Positions 55,076 to 61,055 of a stretch of 64,000 bases of DNA are shown piece by piece. The notes beneath the pieces are model-generated. The model had not been told where the DNA came from, did no database searches, and saw only the letters and a list, made by a program, of their open reading frames with translations. The position numbers and the translations under genes were made by a program. Positions within the stretch are counted from its first letter, which is position 1; every line of letters begins with the position of its first letter. Source of the stretch: a virus; the IMG/VR virus record IMGVR_UViG_3300046674_000373, positions 32,166 through 96,165 of that record; one strand, 5' to 3'.

Positions 55076-57708
55076 ACCACCCTCAGGAAGCCGATACAGC
55101 CGGGCGTCTCTTCCTTCACCCGCATGAACGTCTCGCCGCAGATCCCACTCTCCGGGTCGCGGTTCTGGCATTGGCCGCAGGTGTCGGCCAGCGCGGTAGC
55201 GGCCGCCACCAGCTTGTCGCTCATGCCCGGCAATGACTTCACGTGCTCGTTCACCTCGACGGCCTGGCGCTCCTCGCCGCCGGGCAGGATGAACATATTG
55301 GTGCCGTGCGCGCGCGCCCAAGCGACGTCGCACAGCATGTTGGCGTAGCTGGTGTGCGGGTCGATGCCCACCTTGACGACGCGCCGCTTGAACTTCTTCT
55401 CCTCCTCGTCCTTCTCGGCCACCAGCGCGGTGCGCGTGAAGTGGAAGAAGGCGTACTCCTTGCAGACGGCGGCCATGCGACGCTTGCCCTTCTCCAGCAC
55501 CTCCTGCACCAGGCCGTCCGGATCCGGGAACAGGCACATGCGCTTCTGGAAACGCGCCATCGACACCTGCATGCACTTGTACTGGTCGAGTCGGACGGTG
55601 AAGCGATCGCGCAGCTCCTCGTCGGTGCGGCGCTCGGACGTGGAGAGCGCCGGCGCGTCGCCCCAGGCGAGCATGTCGCCGTCCATGTTGCCGTAGCCGG
55701 CCAGGAACACCTTGCCGTCGTGGCGCCGCGCGAAGCTCTTGGCGCTATCGTAGTTCGGCAGGGTCTCGACCACGCAACACTGCACGCCGTAGGCCGCCAT
55801 CAGCTCGTCGCAGCGGTCCCAGGGCGAGGCATCCGGGTCGTCCTTGGTCGGCGCGCGGAAGATGTACTCGATGTGCACCACGGCCTGGTGGCCATCCGGC
55901 ATGCGCTCCTTGATGACGGCGACGATGAACGAACCCATCTGGTCCAGTCCCATGAACGTGCCACGGGCGTTGCGCTTCCAGGTCAGGCCGGCGGCCATGC
56001 CCTCGGCGGCGCACTGGTTCAGCATCTCCAGGTTGACCGGGACCTGCGACGGGTCGGTGTAGGGCTTTCCGAGGGTCCTGTTGTGGAATGACTTCATATC
56101 ATCGGCTTCGTGATAGCCGGTGATGATCTTCCTGGGCGTGATGGTCGGGGACAGGAACTGTGGGAAGTGTACGGATCGTACAGACGCGTCAGGTACCTTT
56201 GCTATCCATTCCCCTTGCTGGGGATCGTCGATCCAGCCTTCGCACTCGTGGCATCGGTAACGATACTCGCCAACCATGCCGGCCTCACGCTCGCGCTCGT
56301 TCAGCCGAGGTGCGTCAGGGTCATATGCGATGCAATTTGGGAAATGCTCGTCGAGCACCTGGTGGGTGCCGCAGTGCGGACAAAGGGTATGGAACTGATG
56401 CTGGGTCCCCTTTTTGTACCACCAGTGGATATCCGAATCCGGCCAGTTTGCCGTTGATCCCATTAGCGTGTAACGAATCGATGATGCTGACATACGCTCG
56501 CGGGTCTTCTCCATGTCCGCGATTGCCATCTCTTGGACCTCGTCGAACGAGACAACGTCCATCGGATTCGATTCGGTCGAAACTTTACCCGTCGTCCAGA
56601 GGAAGTGGAATCGCGACTCTCCCATGGTTCGAACGAGAACATTACCCTCGCCGCCGCGACGGCTGCTGGATGATGTATCTGTCATCAATCGGTGCACTTC
56701 CGGTATGGTTCGAACGATAGGCATAAAGCGTATCGAGGACTTCGTCGTTGCAGCGCCCACAGCCGGCATAAACATGCCAATTTTGGCTGGCGAGAAGCGA
56801 AGTCCAAGATAAATCATCGCCAACATTTCGAAGACCGAAAAGCCAACTTGAGTGCATTTCATAATTACGTCGATCCGGTCGAAGGCATCCTGTACCGTCG
56901 ATGGGATAAGCTCGTAAATGAAACGCATTGCAGGTCGGTCAGACAAAGTGAAAGCCTTGCCGTCGACCTTCATTCCGGATTCTTCCAACCGCTCACACCA
57001 CCGGATGAACGTTTCTCCGGGCAGCACAATTTTTTGTTCTGCGGTCAGCTCAATGGCCACCTCGAGAAACTCGCCGCCAAAGCGCTGCCTGAATTCAGGC
57101 TCGGTTACGCGGTCAGCTTCGTCAGCCGTTTCCTCCGGAAGAAACGGGTTGGAAAAGGAATCGAAGTGGAACCGCGCCCACTCCGGGTCGCGCTCCGCGG
57201 CGCGCCAGAGCCGGTAGAAGTCGTTCTTCTTCCCGTACGCGTCCGACAAAATCCAGGCCTGCCCCTTGTACTGCTGGAGTATGGGCCGGATCAGGTCCTC
57301 CCACTTGTCGAGCAAGTTCTCGACCTGGCGCGCGCCGTCGATCACCACCAGCCCGAACTGGTCCATGACGTCGTGGTGGTCGGAAAGCGCGTAGAAATCG
57401 ATCAAGACGCCCGATACGAGCTCGATACGGCGCGAGCTGTGGCGGCGCTTGACCAGGTCGCCAAGCGCGTTCACGACAGCGCGGCGCACCTCCTTGAGGG
57501 ATTCGGCATCAGGTGAGAACCACGCGACCGGGCGCTTGCTGTTCAGCGTGCTCAAGGCTCCGCGCTCGGACGCCAGGAGCGCCTCAATACCAAGGGTCCG
57601 CTTCCCCCACTTTTCACCAGCGACAACGATCGTGAAGCGCTTTGCACCAGATAGACACGCCTGCTGGGCTGGATGAAGACGGGGAAGTTTTACCGTGATT
57701 TTTGCCAT
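55072..57708 (-). CDS. terL: terminase large subunit (GpA-type) with extra N-terminal degenerate terminase ATPase domain
   Basis: GpA-type KCTQVGFS, VSFDEV, CPHC..CHEC, GLDQ; N-terminal LHPAQ..AGEKWGKR..VVIDGA. Confidence 0.85.
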   Translation of the reverse strand: MAKITVKLPRLHPAQQACLSGAKRFTIVVAGEKWGKRTLGIEALLASERGALSTLNSKRPVAWFSPDAESLKEVRRAVVNALGDLVKRRHSSRRIELVSGVLIDFYALSDHHDVMDQFGLVVIDGARQVENLLDKWEDLIRPILQQYKGQAWILSDAYGKKNDFYRLWRAAERDPEWARFHFDSFSNPFLPEETADEADRVTEPEFRQRFGGEFLEVAIELTAEQKIVLPGETFIRWCERLEESGMKVDGKAFTLSDRPAMRFIYELIPSTVQDAFDRIDVIMKCTQVGFSVFEMLAMIYLGLRFSPAKIGMFMPAVGAATTKSSIRFMPIVRTIPEVHRLMTDTSSSSRRGGEGNVLVRTMGESRFHFLWTTGKVSTESNPMDVVSFDEVQEMAIADMEKTRERMSASSIRYTLMGSTANWPDSDIHWWYKKGTQHQFHTLCPHCGTHQVLDEHFPNCIAYDPDAPRLNEREREAGMVGEYRYRCHECEGWIDDPQQGEWIAKVPDASVRSVHFPQFLSPTITPRKIITGYHEADDMKSFHNRTLGKPYTDPSQVPVNLEMLNQCAAEGMAAGLTWKRNARGTFMGLDQMGSFIVAVIKERMPDGHQAVVHIEYIFRAPTKDDPDASPWDRCDELMAAYGVQCCVVETLPNYDSAKSFARRHDGKVFLAGYGNMDGDMLAWGDAPALSTSERRTDEELRDRFTVRLDQYKCMQVSMARFQKRMCLFPDPDGLVQEVLEKGKRRMAAVCKEYAFFHFTRTALVAEKDEEEKKFKRRVVKVGIDPHTSYANMLCDVAWARAHGTNMFILPGGEERQAVEVNEHVKSLPGMSDKLVAAATALADTCGQCQNRDPESGICGETFMRVKEETPGCIGFLRVV

Positions 57709-57714
57709 CCGGTG

Positions 57715-57730
57715 AGGATGGCGTCACGAT
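57715..57730 (-). promoter_or_regulatory. late promoter motif
   Basis: ATCGTGAC-GC-CATCCT-N6-ATG. Confidence 0.7.
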
Positions 57731-57741
57731 GAAGTTGTCTG

Positions 57742-58581
57742 CTAAAAGCACAGCGATGGCTGGAATGGCTCATCCAGCATCGCATTCTTTTTAATGTTAT
57801 CTAGGGCCGGCATCAGCCGAAGATTACTGAGTGCCCACGCGCGCTTGAAATCGAGATCCGATGGTTTCGTGTAATTGAAGGCATCGAGCGGAATGCGGTG
57901 GTCGATATGAAGTGCCCCAGACATGAAATCGGCCCATGTGAACCCAGTGGGGATTGTTTTTCTAAGGTGTTTCTCCAGGGCCTCAACCGAGTACCCGAGA
58001 AGGTCGAAGGTCCGTCCCGCCTTCGACTCGCGACCTTTACGCTTTAACGTCTGGTGAAGAGCCGTCCGCATTCTGGACGTCAGTGCGAATTTAGGATCAG
58101 TTCGCCGCCTGTTGGACATCGCCGTGCGAGTTCTCTCTCTGGCGAATAAAGGGCGTACAGTTTCCCTAAGCATCACAGCACAACCACAGGAAGCCGAGTC
58201 TCCTCGGAGCAGTAAGCTGCCAACTGCTGTGAATTCGGAGCCGCAATCGCAAATACACGACCAGGTAGCGTTATTGTGCTTGCTGCTGCCAGAACGTCCT
58301 ATGACGAGCAATTTTCCAAACCGTCGCCCGGTCAATATCTTGGCCGTTTGTGGCCCTGTATTTTTACCAGTCAACGCAGCAGCTTCACGATGCAAGCAGC
58401 CGCAGCTTTTCACGGTTCCACTTTTGGGCCCGTCGCTGCGTATCGACTTGCCTTTCACCCCACAGTCGCAATCGAAAATCCAGTTTCTTGGGTTCGCTTC
58501 GCTACGACGGACCGCGATCAGCCTTCCGAATTTCTGACCCGTAAGATCAATTCTATTCTTTCGAGCGGCAACGACTGACAT
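57742..58581 (-). CDS. HNH homing endonuclease
   Basis: Two LTGxxFGxL..CxCG modules; LHIDHRIP..NLRLM..NIKK; lower GC. Confidence 0.85.
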   Translation of the reverse strand: MSVVAARKNRIDLTGQKFGRLIAVRRSEANPRNWIFDCDCGVKGKSIRSDGPKSGTVKSCGCLHREAAALTGKNTGPQTAKILTGRRFGKLLVIGRSGSSKHNNATWSCICDCGSEFTAVGSLLLRGDSASCGCAVMLRETVRPLFARERTRTAMSNRRRTDPKFALTSRMRTALHQTLKRKGRESKAGRTFDLLGYSVEALEKHLRKTIPTGFTWADFMSGALHIDHRIPLDAFNYTKPSDLDFKRAWALSNLRLMPALDNIKKNAMLDEPFQPSLCF

Positions 58582-58631
58582 TGCCGCGCAGTGCGCGACG
58601 ACAGCTTTCGTTGCCACACGCACGCGCGTCG

Positions 58632-58997
58632 TCAAAGCAGTGCACCTTGGCGCCCGCCACCGCGTCCCGAATACGGCCGCGTGGGCTGCAGCTTCGCCAT
58701 GATTCCCCAAACGGCCGCATACGCGTCGTGGAGCCTGTTGTTCTTCACCGAGTCCTTAAAATTCGGATATCCAATGGCGCGCACCTGATCGGCCATTGCC
58801 GCGGCCACCTCCTGGCGCGGGATCAGCGCGCGGAACAGGTAGTCGCGCTCGGGGCGCTTCTCGACCGCTGCGTTCGGGAACACCGACTCGATATCGCCCT
58901 TGCGGCGTGCGCGGACCAGCAGCATGTCGCCAGTATTTAGGTCCTGGCCGGTCGGTTCGACAATGCTCAAAAAAGCAGAATTCAGACAAACCCACAT
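58632..58997 (-). CDS. hypothetical protein
   Basis: SD GGAGG; MWVCLNSAFLSIV..LLVRARRKGDIE..DYLFRA..YPNFK. Confidence 0.7.
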   Translation of the reverse strand: MWVCLNSAFLSIVEPTGQDLNTGDMLLVRARRKGDIESVFPNAAVEKRPERDYLFRALIPRQEVAAAMADQVRAIGYPNFKDSVKNNRLHDAYAAVWGIMAKLQPTRPYSGRGGGRQGALL

Positions 58998-59059
58998 ATT
59001 GCCTCCACAAAAATTGATGAGTGAAGGCATCATACATCAAAATTGTTGATGTGTTCAAT

Positions 59060-59818
59060 CTATATGTAGCGGAGCCATTCGAGGGGCTCGGTGAGGACAA
59101 GTTTGTTGTGCTTGGCGCCGTTCAGTTTCGCGGGGATGACCTGGCAATTGGCAGCCACGTGCAGCCCGCTCGCCAAGTCCGCCATCAGAGGGATCATATG
59201 GTCAGCCTCCCATTTGAGGCCGGTCGTGGCGCGGCGCCGGCGCGCCAGATCGGCAGCCTCGATCCACACGAACTGGTCGAATTCGCCAAACCACGGTGGC
59301 ACGGCCTTCTTCTTTCGAGCACGGCGGTGCGCGTGCGCAGCACGCTTTTTATCTGGATTCGCCTCTCTCCAACGACGCACCTTGGCTACAATCTGCTGGC
59401 TGTTTTCGATCCGTTTTTTGCGCCGGCTTTCCAGTATCCGGTCTTTGTTCGCCTCGAAGTATTTTCGGCGAGCCTCGGCGAGAGCGTCTTTGTTCGCTGC
59501 ACGCCACTGTCGGTGACGTTCGGTGACTGCTGCGCGATTTTTCTGTTCGTACTGGCGCGCGTATTCTTTTCGCTGCGCTACATTGGCACGATACTTCGCC
59601 TTATCGAACTCGGCCAACCGCTCGCGGTTTTCTTCGCGATATCTCCGCGCATACTCCGCCGCTTCTTCTCGGTTGGATTCATACCGTGCAGAGCGGCATG
59701 CAAAACATTGGTTGTTCCCGACGTATCGCTCTGCAACATGGCCACTTGGGCAAGGAACCCCAGTGAAGAACTTCTTCAGCCCTTGCTCTTTAGCTTCCGA
59801 TCGCGTGATGAGGTTCAC
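59060..59818 (-). CDS. HNH endonuclease
   Basis: FFTGVPCPSGH..CFAC; basic helical repeats; WEADHMIPL..GLHVAANCQVI..NGAKHN. Confidence 0.85.
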   Translation of the reverse strand: MNLITRSEAKEQGLKKFFTGVPCPSGHVAERYVGNNQCFACRSARYESNREEAAEYARRYREENRERLAEFDKAKYRANVAQRKEYARQYEQKNRAAVTERHRQWRAANKDALAEARRKYFEANKDRILESRRKKRIENSQQIVAKVRRWREANPDKKRAAHAHRRARKKKAVPPWFGEFDQFVWIEAADLARRRRATTGLKWEADHMIPLMADLASGLHVAANCQVIPAKLNGAKHNKLVLTEPLEWLRYI

Positions 59819-60564
59819 TTTTGCGGCGTCGGGCCAGCGCCTATCGCTTCAGCGATCGGCCAGTCGGCGGGACCGTTCAATTGCTCGTAAAGGTGACCTC
59901 GCGGGCAGAGCAAAACAGCTTGGGACTCCCATCCGCACTGGGTAGGGTCTCCTCCAACGCGGCGCGCGCGATACATTCTGGCGACAGATGTCGTCCGTTC
60001 GTAATCGCCGATCCAACCAGTAATTTGAACGCGAAGACCACTTTCCTCGAAAGCTTCCTTCAATGCGTTTCCTTGCAGCGATAGTCCATCCTCCATCGAG
60101 CCTTTGGGCCACGAGGCATCGTACCCCCCAAAACCGTTAGTTGGGCAAACGAGCCAGACGCGACCATCAGGTTCCTCAATCACCACGCCCGAACTGGCCT
60201 TCTTCCCAAGCGGGACATGCAGCGCCGGCTCATGCAGGTCATGCATAATGCCATCCTCGTAGTTCCACCCTTCAATCGTCTTCGGATGATCCTTCCAGCT
60301 GCGCAGCGCGACCTTGTTCAGCGACAGCGGCGCGTCGCCGTTCGGCACGAACGTGGCCACCGCATCAGGCGACGTCCAGGTCGAGGGGGCGGATGCGTGG
60401 TGCGGCAGCTCGACCAGGACAGGCTTCCCATTTTCGCCATGGCGGGGATGGTGGTAGGAATTCGGCAGGCTGACTTCGCCGCGCTCGTACGGACGCACGT
60501 AGGTGCCGTCGGCGCGCACGTGGCCCTTGACGTGGGCCTTAGCGAGATCGTCTTGGAGCTCCAT
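59815..60564 (-). CDS. Nudix hydrolase
   Basis: WPKGSMEDGLSLQGNALKEAFEESGL Nudix box. Confidence 0.85.
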   Translation of the reverse strand: MELQDDLAKAHVKGHVRADGTYVRPYERGEVSLPNSYHHPRHGENGKPVLVELPHHASAPSTWTSPDAVATFVPNGDAPLSLNKVALRSWKDHPKTIEGWNYEDGIMHDLHEPALHVPLGKKASSGVVIEEPDGRVWLVCPTNGFGGYDASWPKGSMEDGLSLQGNALKEAFEESGLRVQITGWIGDYERTTSVARMYRARRVGGDPTQCGWESQAVLLCPRGHLYEQLNGPADWPIAEAIGAGPTPQK

Positions 60565-61052
60565 CAAGCCGCCCCATCGAGACCGAGCAGCTGGTTGGCG
60601 AACTCTGCCACGGCCGTGTCGAGCGCCTTCTGGAGCGCGGGGAAGCTGTCCTCGGTTTGGTGCTGGCGCATCAGCTCGCCGATCTTGCTGGCGAAGATCA
60701 TGAACGCGTCACGCACCGCCAGGCGCAGCTCGCCGTCGATGTGCAGCGCCAGCGCGAGGTGGTGGCCGAGATGGTCGGGCGTGTTCCAGGGACCGCGGCT
60801 GTAGGGCGTCGTGTCCAGGCCGGCGCCGATGAACAGCTCGTTCATCCGGAAGCACTCGTTCGTGAGCCAAGCCATCAGGTCCTTGTGGCTGGACTGGCCG
60901 TAGCGCCGGATCAGGTCGGCCGCGAACTGGCGCACGATCGCACTCACGGCCTCGGTCGAGTTCAACCAGGGCGGCGAGTTGTCGGCGTTCGGCCCCTTGA
61001 CCCCCGAGTCATCGGTGGCCATGCGCTCCATGTTCTTTTCTTGTTCGCTCAT
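60564..61052 (-). CDS. hypothetical protein between ART and Nudix
   Basis: Coupled ORF. Confidence 0.65.
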   Translation of the reverse strand: MSEQEKNMERMATDDSGVKGPNADNSPPWLNSTEAVSAIVRQFAADLIRRYGQSSHKDLMAWLTNECFRMNELFIGAGLDTTPYSRGPWNTPDHLGHHLALALHIDGELRLAVRDAFMIFASKIGELMRQHQTEDSFPALQKALDTAVAEFANQLLGLDGAA

Positions 61053-61055
61053 GAA

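Noticed and set aside
55072-57708. Intein or group I intron explaining the long terminase
   Set aside because: ORF is continuous with no intein splice-junction or LAGLIDADG motifs seen; extra length is an N-terminal ATPase-like domain
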